Part shown: positions 9,979-19,826 of the stretch, piece after piece
Layout: each line of letters begins with the position of its first letter
Position numbering within the stretch: position 1 is the stretch's first letter
Origin: a virus
Direction: 5' to 3' (one strand)
Length of the DNA: 64,000 bases
Virus record (IMG/VR): IMGVR_UViG_3300032285_001316
Coordinates: 29,152 to 93,151 of that record
Position numbers and translations under genes: made by a program
Notes under the pieces: model-generated
The model's input: the letters and a program-made list of their open reading frames with translations, nothing else
What the model was told of the DNA's origin: nothing
Database searches by the model: none

Positions 9979-10548
9979 ATGTCGAAGTTGGTCGACCCAA
10001 CGGGTAAGCCACTCATCGGATCCAAAGAGATCGATGGACCAGTTATCCGTTTGCTGCGTTGTTTTGTATGCGAATCGTGGGAAGAGCTGCCCGATTATGA
10101 GGGCCCATCCAACAAGGATTACCTGTTGGAGATTACCCTAGAGAAGCACGTGTTTCCATCGGGGGACCCACACGTAGGAAAGCTGTTCAAAGTACCCGTT
10201 AAGACGTGGGCAAACGCCGAACAGCGCAAAGCAGTCCTAGACAATTTGGGTTCAGGGTCACGTGGTCTGGATGATCTGGACCCAGAGAAGTCGTTTTACG
10301 ACACCAAGATGACGTTTGCCGCAGATGCAATGACGTGTTGGAAGCAGCACAACAGCCCCAAGCAGGATTGCAGCGATTACCAAAAGGATTCCAAGCGCCT
10401 GTTGCCTAACACGGCAAAGGAGCGTGCAGACCTAAACCTGCCCAAGCCAGAGCATCTGGATGGCCCAAAGATTTATACATGCAATTTCTGTCCCGTTCAC
10501 TCAATGGTCCTGCAGCGCAAACGTGCGTTTCTGGGCATGTACGATTAA
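9979..10548 (+). CDS. Hypothetical Cys/His (Zn-binding) protein
   Basis: CFVC, C..H...C, CNFCPVH; AGGAG RBS. Confidence 0.6.
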   Translation: MSKLVDPTGKPLIGSKEIDGPVIRLLRCFVCESWEELPDYEGPSNKDYLLEITLEKHVFPSGDPHVGKLFKVPVKTWANAEQRKAVLDNLGSGSRGLDDLDPEKSFYDTKMTFAADAMTCWKQHNSPKQDCSDYQKDSKRLLPNTAKERADLNLPKPEHLDGPKIYTCNFCPVHSMVLQRKRAFLGMYD

Positions 10549-10562
10549 TAAGGAAAAACACA

Positions 10563-10868
10563 ATGGAAGACAACAAGGTAGTAGAGACGGTTTACACCGT
10601 TACCATTTTCACCGATGGCACATTTTCGGCAGCACTAGAGCAGCCCGAAGCACCCGTCGAGGTTCAGCGTACCGCAACAGTGTACGATGTCCTGAGCATT
10701 TCGCAGGCACTGGCAAAGGAAATTGAGCACTCACAGCTGACCGACCGCATCATCATGTCGCTGGTTCAGGTACTGCAGGCAATGGCCCCCCAGACACCCG
10801 CAGAGACCGTAAAGGACGCCCTAAAGGAGCGCGGTATTGACCCAGAAAGCACCGCAGCAGCCAACTAA
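10563..10868 (+). CDS. Hypothetical protein
   Basis: AAGGA RBS before ATG 10563. Confidence 0.55.
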   Translation: MEDNKVVETVYTVTIFTDGTFSAALEQPEAPVEVQRTATVYDVLSISQALAKEIEHSQLTDRIIMSLVQVLQAMAPQTPAETVKDALKERGIDPESTAAAN

Positions 10869-10877
10869 ACTGGGTAT

Positions 10878-11762
10878 ATGAGTTATTTTGGCGAAGAACC
10901 CACGAGTTATTTCAGTGCACCCGCAAACACACTAGATCCAAAACTGTTTGAGGGACGCACACTGCGTTCGTGGGCACGCCAAGGAATCCTGTCATTACTG
11001 ATGGATTTCCTAAACCTGCACTACCGTCACCCAGAGCTGTGGGCACAGCCCTGGTTGGCGGGGTCAGGTGTCTCATACCAATGGAGCGCCGCCAGAGAGC
11101 CAGGAGACCTGGATTGTTTGGTAGGCGTTGATTTCGTTCAGTTCCGTAAGGCAAACCCAGAGTTTGCAGGATTGCTGGACAAAGAAATCGCCGCAATGCT
11201 AAACGAAGAGTTCCACGAAAACCTTCAGTTGCAGACAAGTAACTGGAACGGTTACGAGCTGACGTTTTATGTTAATCCTTCAGCCACAGACATCAGGGCA
11301 ATTAAGCCATACGCAGCGTACAACCTGAAGCACGATGACTGGACAGTAAGCCCAGACCCAAATGCACACCCAGTAGAAAACGCTGAATGGGACCGCATCG
11401 TTCAGAGTGACGCAGAAGCAGCCAATCAGTTCCACACGCAGTTTACAGGAGCATTACAGGACATTCAGGGGTCTAGGAACAGCCCCATGCAGCGTAATGC
11501 GGAAAATAAGCTGACAATGATTGCCGCCAGTGCCAATGCGTTGTACAACATGATTCATGAGAATCGTTCAATGGCGTTTTCCGCAACAGGTGAGGGGTAC
11601 AACGATTTCCACAACTACCGTTGGCAGGCAGGAAAGCGTTACGGAACCATCCAAAAGCTGCGTGGTATCCGCGAATACATGAAGAATAACCTGTCCTACG
11701 GCGTAGAGATGCCTGATGCGGACACAATGATTCGTCGTGCAGCGACGTATAGGAACATTTAG
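10878..11762 (+). CDS. Pol-beta superfamily nucleotidyltransferase
   Basis: hGS..x..DLD motif (LAGSGVSYQWSAAREPGDLDCLV) plus downstream YELTFY. Confidence 0.72.
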   Translation: MSYFGEEPTSYFSAPANTLDPKLFEGRTLRSWARQGILSLLMDFLNLHYRHPELWAQPWLAGSGVSYQWSAAREPGDLDCLVGVDFVQFRKANPEFAGLLDKEIAAMLNEEFHENLQLQTSNWNGYELTFYVNPSATDIRAIKPYAAYNLKHDDWTVSPDPNAHPVENAEWDRIVQSDAEAANQFHTQFTGALQDIQGSRNSPMQRNAENKLTMIAASANALYNMIHENRSMAFSATGEGYNDFHNYRWQAGKRYGTIQKLRGIREYMKNNLSYGVEMPDADTMIRRAATYRNI

Positions 11763-11872
11763 TGTCCATTACCGACTACTGTCATTGGTGCGGACACGAA
11801 TTACTGAAGGGTATCTGCACCGAGGATTATTGCAAGTGTGATTGCAATGGAGCTGACGACGAGGATTATTAA
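11762..11872 (+). CDS. 36-aa Cys-rich peptide MSITDYCHWCGHELLKGICTEDYCKCDC... (not in ORF track)
   Basis: GTG overlapping upstream TAG; fills the gap exactly. Confidence 0.45.
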   Translation: MSITDYCHWCGHELLKGICTEDYCKCDCNGADDEDY

Positions 11873-11874
11873 TA

Positions 11875-12363
11875 GTGCATGTACTGGTGGATTTAGATGG
11901 TGTACTGCGAGGCGGTGACAAAGATCAACCGATTTCGCAAGGAATTATTATGGTTGGATCGCTGAGTGCGTGGAACCAAATCACGCTGATGTCGCCGTTA
12001 AACGCGAAGCAGACACAACAGTGGTTGGATGTAAATAAGATTGTTGAGTTCGACCGTATTATCGACAGTTCAGTAGGACTGGTTGATGAGTCGTTGGCAG
12101 AACGTCAGATTAGGTTTGCACGTTCCGTTGGTCCTGTAGACCTGTTTATTACCAACAGCCCCACGAGCTGGGCATTTGCGTTCAATCAGGGAATTGCATG
12201 CGTGATGTTTGGAGTCCCCTCCTACACACGCCCAGAGTTTAGGCCAGATGCGCCCCGCAGAGTACGCGCATGGAGCGATATTGAGCAGGCCATTGAGGAG
12301 CAAAATGCGTTAAGGACGCAAGATGCCCGCCTGACACGAACAGAGGGGCTGATGTTCGAGTGA
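11875..12363 (+). CDS. HAD-superfamily protein
   Basis: N-terminal VLVDLDGVL (motif I DxDG); later motifs degenerate. Confidence 0.6.
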   Translation: MHVLVDLDGVLRGGDKDQPISQGIIMVGSLSAWNQITLMSPLNAKQTQQWLDVNKIVEFDRIIDSSVGLVDESLAERQIRFARSVGPVDLFITNSPTSWAFAFNQGIACVMFGVPSYTRPEFRPDAPRRVRAWSDIEQAIEEQNALRTQDARLTRTEGLMFE

Positions 12364-13847
12364 CCGACGTTATATTTGGTGGCGTAGAGATTCCGTCAAA
12401 CCGCACATTACTAGAAGCCAGTGGAGTAACCAATGTGTTGCTGAATTATTGGGGACTTAGACGAAGAGGATTACCCAAGACAAAACCATACCTCATTGGG
12501 GAGCATTTTTACCCAGAGATGAAGGTATGGGTTGATAGTGGAGCAACACAGGCAGACAAAGCAAACCTGTCAGCACGTGAGCTGGAAGAATACGCAGCAG
12601 ATTACGAAGAGTTCATTGCCCTGAATTATGACCGCATTGAGGGGTTCACAGAGTTTGATTCCCAAGTACTGGGGTTGCCAGCCATCGTGCAGAACCGTGC
12701 AGTATATGAAAACGACCCAAAACTGTGGGTTGTCTGGCACGAAGGGTACAACGTAGCGTTATTGGAGCAGTGGGCCCAGGAATGGCAGAACATCGCCATT
12801 CCAGGCAGCGCAATCGACACGGTTACAACACTGGCCGCCATAGTCCGTAGGATTAAAGGAGCGTACGACGTACAGTTCCATGGATTGGCCGCAGCAAAAC
12901 CAGATAACCTGAGATCAATACCGTTTGATACGGTGAGCACATTGTCGTGGTTGTCGCCAATGCGGCGAGGAGAGACAATCGTGTGGGACGGAAGTAAATT
13001 GGTCCGTTACCCAAAAAAAATGAAAGCCCAGGCACGATTGAGGTACAAAACAGTCGTGGAGAAAGCTGGGCTAGATTTCAGAAAGTTCGTCGACGATGAC
13101 ACAAAAGAAGCCACAAAAGTCGCAATTTGGTCCTACATACAGTTAGAGAAGTCCATGTTAAACAACCAAAAGGGCCCAAAAAAGCCCGTAGTATCTGATA
13201 ATAGTGATGACACCCTATACACAGGTTTGATGGAAACTGGTATAGGGGGTTCTAATAACAGTGTGTCCGAAATGCGGAAACCTGAAACCACAGAAATCAT
13301 CCAAAGAGACCCTCAAGAGATAGTTTCCATGCCTGTTTTTGGGTATGAAATGAAGACAGTTGTCGAGACAGAAGACGGTCGCGATATCCTGAAGGATGTC
13401 CCAGTTGTGCAGAGCAATTCGGGCAGTTTACGACAGTGCGATACGTGTTTTGTATCCTCAAATTGCCCCGCATTCAAGCCGTCAAATACGTGTGCGTTTA
13501 GTTTGCCAGTAGAGGTAAAGACAAAGGACCAATTAAAGGCGTTGTTGACCACGATCGTTGAAATGCAGGGCCAAAGAGTGGCATTCATGCGTTTTCAGGA
13601 AGAGCTAAACGGTGGATACGCTGACCCAAATGTGTCACAGGAAATCGATCGTTTGTTCAAGTTGGTGGGTAACATGAAGGACCTAGAGACCAACAAAGAG
13701 TTCGTTCAGATTACTGCCTCAAGGGAGACATCTGGAGGAGTCCTTAGTGCCATTTTTGGTGATAAAGCATCCGCTCTAAAGGAGATGCAGAAGCCCCTGG
13801 ACGAGGAGCAAACCACCATCATCATTAACAACAGCCTAGAGAAGTAG
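12360..13847 (+). CDS. TGT/DpdA-like TIM-barrel protein fused to a Cys4 and helical C-terminal domain
   Basis: VWVDSGA, VVWH, FHGL, PFDTVSTLSW; C-terminal CDTC...C...C. Confidence 0.6.
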   Translation: MTDVIFGGVEIPSNRTLLEASGVTNVLLNYWGLRRRGLPKTKPYLIGEHFYPEMKVWVDSGATQADKANLSARELEEYAADYEEFIALNYDRIEGFTEFDSQVLGLPAIVQNRAVYENDPKLWVVWHEGYNVALLEQWAQEWQNIAIPGSAIDTVTTLAAIVRRIKGAYDVQFHGLAAAKPDNLRSIPFDTVSTLSWLSPMRRGETIVWDGSKLVRYPKKMKAQARLRYKTVVEKAGLDFRKFVDDDTKEATKVAIWSYIQLEKSMLNNQKGPKKPVVSDNSDDTLYTGLMETGIGGSNNSVSEMRKPETTEIIQRDPQEIVSMPVFGYEMKTVVETEDGRDILKDVPVVQSNSGSLRQCDTCFVSSNCPAFKPSNTCAFSLPVEVKTKDQLKALLTTIVEMQGQRVAFMRFQEELNGGYADPNVSQEIDRLFKLVGNMKDLETNKEFVQITASRETSGGVLSAIFGDKASALKEMQKPLDEEQTTIIINNSLEK

Positions 13848-13912
13848 TATCTGATAGGAGCACGCGTGTAGGCATGGAACGTGTGTCCCCCGCAAATCGC
13901 GCCCAACACAAA

Positions 13913-13946
13913 CAAATGCCCCCCACCATAAAGTGAGGGGCATTTG
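13913..13946. terminator. Hairpin terminator between convergent gene blocks
   Basis: CAAATGCCCC...GGGGCATTTG inverted repeat at the +/- junction. Confidence 0.7.
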
Positions 13947-13955
13947 CTATTGGTG

Positions 13956-14231
13956 CTAGTGCGTATAGTTAATTGGCTCGAGAGGTATGTGGAACTCTCG
14001 GCGGTAATCTGCTCGCTCTGGAGCGGTCGCTCCACCCCAGATACCGTCGCGCTCATGACGTATTCCATGATCGAAACAGTTGAGCTTCTCAGAACATCCC
14101 GCACATATCTGCTTGGCTAGGACTACGCTCTCAATGTGAGAGTCGCTTCCATTAGGAAAGAAGATATCGGGAGTGTCTACTTTGGTACATGCTGCTTGGT
14201 CGTAATCGATGTTGATGCTGTATTGCGTCAT
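13956..14231 (-). CDS. whiB: WhiB-family transcription factor
   Basis: AC...PDIFFP...CAGC....C...GIWGGATAPER. Confidence 0.9.
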   Translation of the reverse strand: MTQYSINIDYDQAACTKVDTPDIFFPNGSDSHIESVVLAKQICAGCSEKLNCFDHGIRHERDGIWGGATAPERADYRREFHIPLEPINYTH

Positions 14232-14461
14232 CGCTTCTTCCTTGTCTGCTTGTGCTTGATCTCGATAAAGCCATTCATGCGTAGATCCTTTCTGATCTTC
14301 ATCACTACGCGCCAGTCACTAGGTGAGCTGGAAGAGTAGAACAACCCTCCATTAGGATTGGTCCACTTGAGGTGAGAGTTTTTAGTGATGGTCACTAGCC
14401 ACCCTTGCCTCTCGGCATCCTTGATTAGTTCGTTGACATCTTTGTTAGTTGTGAGTCCCAC
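14228..14461 (-). CDS. HicA-like (dsRBD-fold) RNase
   Basis: LIKDAERQGW.....SHLKW..P.G...SSSPSD; GTG start after AAAAGGAG. Confidence 0.65.
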   Translation of the reverse strand: MGLTTNKDVNELIKDAERQGWLVTITKNSHLKWTNPNGGLFYSSSSPSDWRVVMKIRKDLRMNGFIEIKHKQTRKKR

Positions 14462-14709
14462 AGATTCTCCTTTTGTTGTTCCCAATCAAACATTACCTCA
14501 TACGTCTGACGTATAAGCTCACTGGTCGGCATACCAAGAGCAGAGGCAATAACCTCAACCATTTCTGATGAGGCGTCTTTCTGTCCACGTTCAACTTCGC
14601 TTAGATAGCTTAATGCGATGAACGCCTTCTTGCATACATCTCGCAAACCAAGCCCTTGCTTTAGTCGTTCGGTCCGCATGACATACCCAAGTGCTGTTTT
14701 AAATAACAT
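14425..14709 (-). CDS. ClgR-like XRE helix-turn-helix regulator
   Basis: LG..MR..R..QG..LRDV......LSYLSEVERGQKDASSE closely matches the actinobacterial ClgR family. Confidence 0.8.
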   Translation of the reverse strand: MLFKTALGYVMRTERLKQGLGLRDVCKKAFIALSYLSEVERGQKDASSEMVEVIASALGMPTSELIRQTYEVMFDWEQQKENLWDSQLTKMSTN

Positions 14710-14711
14710 TG

Positions 14712-14993
14712 TTACCGTCCTTCGTACTGCCACATGACTGCGTTGCACAGTGAGTGCACTGCGCCCTCAGTCATGCCTGTATCGTGATTGTGCTGTAGGT
14801 GTACGGGGTACTTAAGGAACTGAGGAGGAAATAAGTTCCAATTGACTTCCTTGTTACGTACTTCCTCTGAAGGAGACCAGTTAAGCGCTTTGCCACAGTA
14901 GTAGCACTTACCTTCTTGTAGCTTGACGTACTCTTCACGTACTTCCTTGCGTTCAAGTGTGGTTAGCTCCTCATAGTTAACAGGTAGTTCCAT
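14712..14993 (-). CDS. Small HNH/Endonuclease VII-like protein
   Basis: QEGKCYYC...HLQHNHDTG...VHSLCN. Confidence 0.65.
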   Translation of the reverse strand: MELPVNYEELTTLERKEVREEYVKLQEGKCYYCGKALNWSPSEEVRNKEVNWNLFPPQFLKYPVHLQHNHDTGMTEGAVHSLCNAVMWQYEGR

Positions 14994-15004
14994 TGTTTGC
15001 TCCT

Positions 15005-15478
15005 TTACACAGGCCAGATATATTCGTAGTCAGTTGGTTGGTAGCCTGGATCTTCAGCCCAACCGAACTGTGAGTACCACTCGTAGTCCTTAACAAGTAG
15101 CGCCTTGCGGTGAGTACTTGCGATGCTCTCGTAGTCAGGACCAGTCATCCACAGTGGGGCAACGTCTACAAAGGTATCGTGAGACGCCTGAATAGTTGCT
15201 GTTGCCTTTTCACCGATGGTTGACTTGAAGCCACGTCGCTTCCACTCCTCCACCATCGTGACGATGTAGTTGTAAAGGACGAGCTCGTGACCGCGCCACA
15301 TCTTAGCTGCGGGATGGTTGTACCAGCCCTTGGGTTCACGGTGATTACCTTGTGGGTCAAGCTTGAGGTTGGTCATAAGTATCTGCCAGCCCTCAAGTGC
15401 TTGCTTGTTAAGGCGTTTGTTGTCTAGTACTTTAGCGATGTCCGCGAAGGAACTCGTCAAAGGAACGAACGTCTGCAT
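15005..15478 (-). CDS. Pyrimidine-dimer DNA glycosylase family (MSMEG_6728-like)
   Basis: MQTF.P...LD.KRL.KQ.LE..QI...GW..HPA..MWRG...H...L..KD...Y...Y.WP. Confidence 0.8.
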   Translation of the reverse strand: MQTFVPLTSSFADIAKVLDNKRLNKQALEGWQILMTNLKLDPQGNHREPKGWYNHPAAKMWRGHELVLYNYIVTMVEEWKRRGFKSTIGEKATATIQASHDTFVDVAPLWMTGPDYESIASTHRKALLVKDYEWYSQFGWAEDPGYQPTDYEYIWPV

Positions 15479-15717
15479 ATTTTCTCACTTCCCTTTCTTC
15501 CAATAGTCCACGTACACTGACGCAGATTCCAAATACACAAAAGGACATAAGCCCGATGCTTACTGCGGTAAAGATGTCCTCAATCATTAATCGTCTCCAA
15601 ACATCTCAAAAGACTTCTCTTGATAGTCGTCATACATCTCGTCACAGTAACAGGGCGAGAATCCGCAGGTAGAACAAGGCTCGTCCTGTTCCTCTTCCTC
15701 AATCATTGTTTTCTCCT

Positions 15718-15909
15718 TTATTCGTGGCTAATGCCGTGTTCTTGATCGATCTCAGTGTGGATGTCCCGCCTCAATCGGGGCAAGATCCATTTTTTAAATA
15801 CTACGTTGTACAGCAGGGCAATAACAATACCGTCAAAGATAACTGTCCAAAATAGTTCAGCGATGATGTGATTGGGGTCAGTGGCTATGTCCCACCATGT
15901 CTCAGTCAT
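15718..15909 (-). CDS. Small membrane protein
   Basis: One hydrophobic segment. Confidence 0.55.
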   Translation of the reverse strand: MTETWWDIATDPNHIIAELFWTVIFDGIVIALLYNVVFKKWILPRLRRDIHTEIDQEHGISHE

Positions 15910-16046
15910 CTAAGTACTCCTTTAGGCACACTACACATATTGGCGTGTAGTCCCCTTTATTGGAGAACATGACTGGGATATCGGGATGTCTCTCACACAT
16001 CCCCATATCCTCGTCTAGCCAGTTGTAATTTGTTTGTGTTGGACGT

Positions 16047-16430
16047 TTACGCAGCCCCTTGATAGAACCGCGTAATGTCTCCCACACGTCGTGCACGCGC
16101 GACATCTGCATCCTCCTCTTTCTTAGTAAGGACCTTCTTACGTTTCTCCATGGCACGGATGTGCTCTGGGATTATTGACTTGTCTCGTTCCATGATTCGG
16201 CGCTCATATTGTGTTGCGCCTCCCCAAATACCAAACTCCTCTTCGTTGGTAAGTGCGTAGTCTAAACACTGTTGCAGGATGTCACAGCGAGCACACACGT
16301 CGATTGCTTTAAGCATCTTGTGTGTCTTCTCACTTCCAGCACTAAACACTTCAGGAAAGAATATGTCTGGGTCAGTGTTTTGACAGTTAGCCTCATCGGC
16401 ATTGGGTACGTAGTTGATGAGGTTGAACAT
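16047..16430 (-). CDS. whiB: WhiB-family transcription factor
   Basis: ANC...DPDIFFPE...CARC....C...GIWGGATQYER. Confidence 0.92.
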   Translation of the reverse strand: MFNLINYVPNADEANCQNTDPDIFFPEVFSAGSEKTHKMLKAIDVCARCDILQQCLDYALTNEEEFGIWGGATQYERRIMERDKSIIPEHIRAMEKRKKVLTKKEEDADVARARRVGDITRFYQGAA

Positions 16431-16867
16431 TGCATCCTCCTTAGGACTTCATCATGAGTGACTGCAGGTGTCGGTATGCTTCATAGTTACCTTGCGTCCA
16501 TTCATCCATGTCCTCTCCATCAAAGCCCCACATCTCCATGTCATCTTCGATGGCGCGTACACGATCGCAGATGTACTTGAAGATGTCCTCGTTACTCATG
16601 AGTGCCACTAGTTATCTTCTCCTATGATGTCGTGCTCAAGAGCGAACGGCTCGAGAGTGTTATAGTCATCGCCCAGCGTCATGTTGAGCGATATAAGGAT
16701 GTTACCGTCAGCCTGTGACATTGCCACAGCCTCGGGAGCAAACGCGAGAACGTGCTCCATGATGTCGCTTAGTGTTGCCTTACTCATCTGTTTCTCCTTT
16801 TATCTCATCTATCGCTCTCCACCAGTTGAAGTGCGCGATTGTTCCTGAAGGCATATTACCGAAGATT

Positions 16868-17059
16868 TCAGTCACGATTTCCATCGCTCGTTTTCTTTCG
16901 TCTTGTCGTGCCTTTGCTATTGCTTGCTCCTTGTTCAGTGCCATTTACTTTCTCCTTATGACAATCACACGGACACACTAGGGGTGCGTTGTTCCATTCG
17001 AACTCGTTGATACATTCGCTATGCTGGCTGGTTAGACACCACCCGAACTTCAGACTCAT
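16868..17059 (-). CDS. Small Cys/His-rich protein
   Basis: WC...H..C...CPCDCH. Confidence 0.5.
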   Translation of the reverse strand: MSLKFGWCLTSQHSECINEFEWNNAPLVCPCDCHKEKVNGTEQGASNSKGTTRRKKTSDGNRD

Positions 17060-17801
17060 CTTCCTCCTTTGTTCCTGCGTTACGATACTCCTCTGCGTAC
17101 TCTACGTCCTTGATTTCAGCAGCCTCGGGAAGGTCATACCCAGACTCGGCTGCCTTAGCTGCCTCAAGAGCATCAACCTCAGTGCGCGCTTGTACATAGT
17201 ACTTGGTTACTACCTCAACTACATAAACGCTTTTGGTTTTGCCTGGGCAGTCATCGAACCAGTCGTCAGGGTCACTAGAGTTGGCGCACCAACACCCGTC
17301 TTCATCGTCACGTTTGACATAGTCTGCGTGAGATGATGGGCTGTCCCACTCCTCCATAGAGGTAAGGATGTTAGCCTTCATCGTGTACTCTGCGCCGTAC
17401 TGTTGCTCCTCTTCCCACCAGACATCGAACTCAAGAGCAGGATACTTAGCAGACATAGCTTCAATTACAGGCAGAGGGTGACTCCACGCTGTCTCAAAAG
17501 AGATGTACACGCTTGTAGGATCAACGGAGACCTCTGCGTTACAGGCATCCCATTTCGTATTCCAGTGGGCGTTGTTCCAGTCATACCAGACACCTCCTTT
17601 AGTTTCGCCAAAGGAGCTACCCTCTACAGGAGTTCCAAGGTATTCTTCCTTTGTTAGGTCAGGCGTTACAAAGGAGTGGAATGAGAATGGGGATGGTTCA
17701 TTACCAGCAAGCTTAGGGGTGTCCTCAATGTGTTCTAGGAACGCTATGCGGTCATCCTCTGGCCCAGTAATGCTAATGCGGTTGTATACCCAGTTAGGCA
17801 T
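17019..17801 (-). CDS. DUF1281 / YubB ferredoxin-like (Api92-like) protein
   Basis: MPNW..N...WYDWN..HWNTKWD...FETAWS.P. Confidence 0.75.
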   Translation of the reverse strand: MPNWVYNRISITGPEDDRIAFLEHIEDTPKLAGNEPSPFSFHSFVTPDLTKEEYLGTPVEGSSFGETKGGVWYDWNNAHWNTKWDACNAEVSVDPTSVYISFETAWSHPLPVIEAMSAKYPALEFDVWWEEEQQYGAEYTMKANILTSMEEWDSPSSHADYVKRDDEDGCWCANSSDPDDWFDDCPGKTKSVYVVEVVTKYYVQARTEVDALEAAKAAESGYDLPEAAEIKDVEYAEEYRNAGTKEEDESEVRVVSNQPA

Positions 17802-17829
17802 GATTATTCCTTTCGTTTGTTTGTGTTGG

Positions 17830-19779
17830 CTACACGCCAGCGTTGATTAGGTTGCGCTTGATGCCAAGGTTGACGATGCCACGACCAAGTGCGAACAGGT
17901 CATTGGTATCAGTGATGTGTACGGCTACCTCGCATCCGTGAGTATCTACGGGAGTATCATCATTGTGATACGTTTCTCGTGGGTCAGATACAAAGGCTAG
18001 TGCGGTAAGCACACCAGCACGACGGAACTCTTTGAGTAGCTTGTCACTTGCTTCGCTGTCACTCCATACACCATCAGTGATAGTGATACAGAGCTTGATA
18101 GCACGCTTAGACTCAGCAAGAACATTCTTGGCATACTTGAGCGTTTGTAGTGGCTCAGTACCACCACGACACCAAGACATGCGTACGTTAGTACTTACTC
18201 GCTCCTCAGAGGAGTAAAGGACAAACGGACGGTGGTCATAGGCAAGGACTGTAGTACTTGCGTTAGCACGATCAAGGGCACGCTTCATAGCCCACATGGA
18301 CTCGAACGCTCCCTTGGCCATACCCTGCATAGACCCAGAGATATCTAGCAGGATGACTGCCTCGATGTCTACGGCATCCTCACGCCCGATATCCCACTCA
18401 TCGAAGCACTCGTCAAGGTCAGTGCCTGTAACGTAGCGTTGGATGTTGAGACGCCCGTGCTCAGTACGGCGTAGCCAACCTGGGTCAAACTCTGCTCGCA
18501 ATCGCTCTAACTCGGTAGCAAAGGACTTGGAAGCCTGTGCTATTTCCTTAGGAACAACCTCGTCAAAGGTATCGAGACGTGATGGCTTGCCAGCATTGGT
18601 AGACGTAAGCTCAGCGTCTGCGTTGTACTGCTTGATTGTCTGGGCAATCTCACGCGCCTTAGACTGCTTGACCGTGTTGATGATGTCCTTGGCAATATCT
18701 GACAGGGACTTGTCACCAGTAGCAGAGCCACTGCCCATGGAGTCAGGCGTACCATCTTGAGCGCCCTCGTTGCCGTTGGTATCTGCGGATGTTGCGTTAT
18801 CCTGCTCGATAGCATCAGCCACACGTTCGCTAACCTTCTGCTGTTCTGCCTTGGACATGGGCTTAGACTTGGAAGCCTTCCACTCACCAGTAGCACGGTG
18901 GTCATGACCTGATGGGTCACTTACACGCTTCCACCCACTGTTGTTGTTCCAACTGTTGTTGTTCCAGTAGTCCGTAGACGTGCTAGGCAACTGGGTGATT
19001 AGTGCGTCGTACTTTTGGATAATGTCTAGCGCAACTGCGTAGTTCTTAGGGTCAGCAAGGTTGAGCACAATGTACTGGTCAATCAAGCTACCAATTTCCT
19101 GTACGTGCTGAGGCTGTTCGTACAAGTCAGCTACCTGCTTACGCAATTCCTTAGGCAAGTACTTGCGCCCATGGAGTAAAGGAAACGCTACATTCCATTG
19201 CTCAGGCTCATCCATGATGAACTTAGCGACTGCCGCCTTGAGCCAGTCAGCTACATTACCGAAACGCTTAGTCATATACATCTCGATACGCTGGTCTTCT
19301 AGAGCATTGAACGCCCGCCATAGACCCTGCTTCTGTACATCCTTGGCAAGGTTGCTACCAGCACGTGGGGTAAGGAGGATGTGGGCAATCTCGTGAAGGC
19401 TAAGCCCCTTGATGTTGAGCACGGTGTCGGGGCTGGTGAGATCCTGTAACGAGTTCTCGTGAAACCAGATGTTATCGGAGTCTGACCATGCGGGAGCGTC
19501 AGGCGTGCCCTGAGCCATCTTGCCCCCCATGTCTACACGGATGGGGCGCAAGGTAAGAGTGCTAGCGAACTTAGACACAACTTGTAGCATACGTACACGT
19601 CTAGCAGTGTCGGGGTCTAGCAGGTCGGTGTTGTAGAACTTAGGCGTGGAAATGTTTGTGTTGGTAGCATCCTCGCCTACTTGGATGTTGTCGATAGCGT
19701 CTACCATGTTCTGCACGTGCTTGTCCTTGGAGGACTGTATCGCAGACAGGATTGACTGTAGTGCGTCATCAGGGTTCAT
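17830..19779 (-). CDS. vWA-domain protein with N-terminal HExxH metallopeptidase-like domain
   Basis: HEIAH, NALEDQRIE, MIDAS DISGSM...GGT...ITDG. Confidence 0.85.
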   Translation of the reverse strand: MNPDDALQSILSAIQSSKDKHVQNMVDAIDNIQVGEDATNTNISTPKFYNTDLLDPDTARRVRMLQVVSKFASTLTLRPIRVDMGGKMAQGTPDAPAWSDSDNIWFHENSLQDLTSPDTVLNIKGLSLHEIAHILLTPRAGSNLAKDVQKQGLWRAFNALEDQRIEMYMTKRFGNVADWLKAAVAKFIMDEPEQWNVAFPLLHGRKYLPKELRKQVADLYEQPQHVQEIGSLIDQYIVLNLADPKNYAVALDIIQKYDALITQLPSTSTDYWNNNSWNNNSGWKRVSDPSGHDHRATGEWKASKSKPMSKAEQQKVSERVADAIEQDNATSADTNGNEGAQDGTPDSMGSGSATGDKSLSDIAKDIINTVKQSKAREIAQTIKQYNADAELTSTNAGKPSRLDTFDEVVPKEIAQASKSFATELERLRAEFDPGWLRRTEHGRLNIQRYVTGTDLDECFDEWDIGREDAVDIEAVILLDISGSMQGMAKGAFESMWAMKRALDRANASTTVLAYDHRPFVLYSSEERVSTNVRMSWCRGGTEPLQTLKYAKNVLAESKRAIKLCITITDGVWSDSEASDKLLKEFRRAGVLTALAFVSDPRETYHNDDTPVDTHGCEVAVHITDTNDLFALGRGIVNLGIKRNLINAGV

Positions 19780-19826
19780 TGTTTGCTCCTTTGTTTGTAG
19801 GAGGGGGGCTTGCGCCCCCCACCTGG

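Noticed and set aside
14228-14709. HicAB toxin-antitoxin pair
   Set aside because: The neighbour is a ClgR-like XRE protein without a HicB domain
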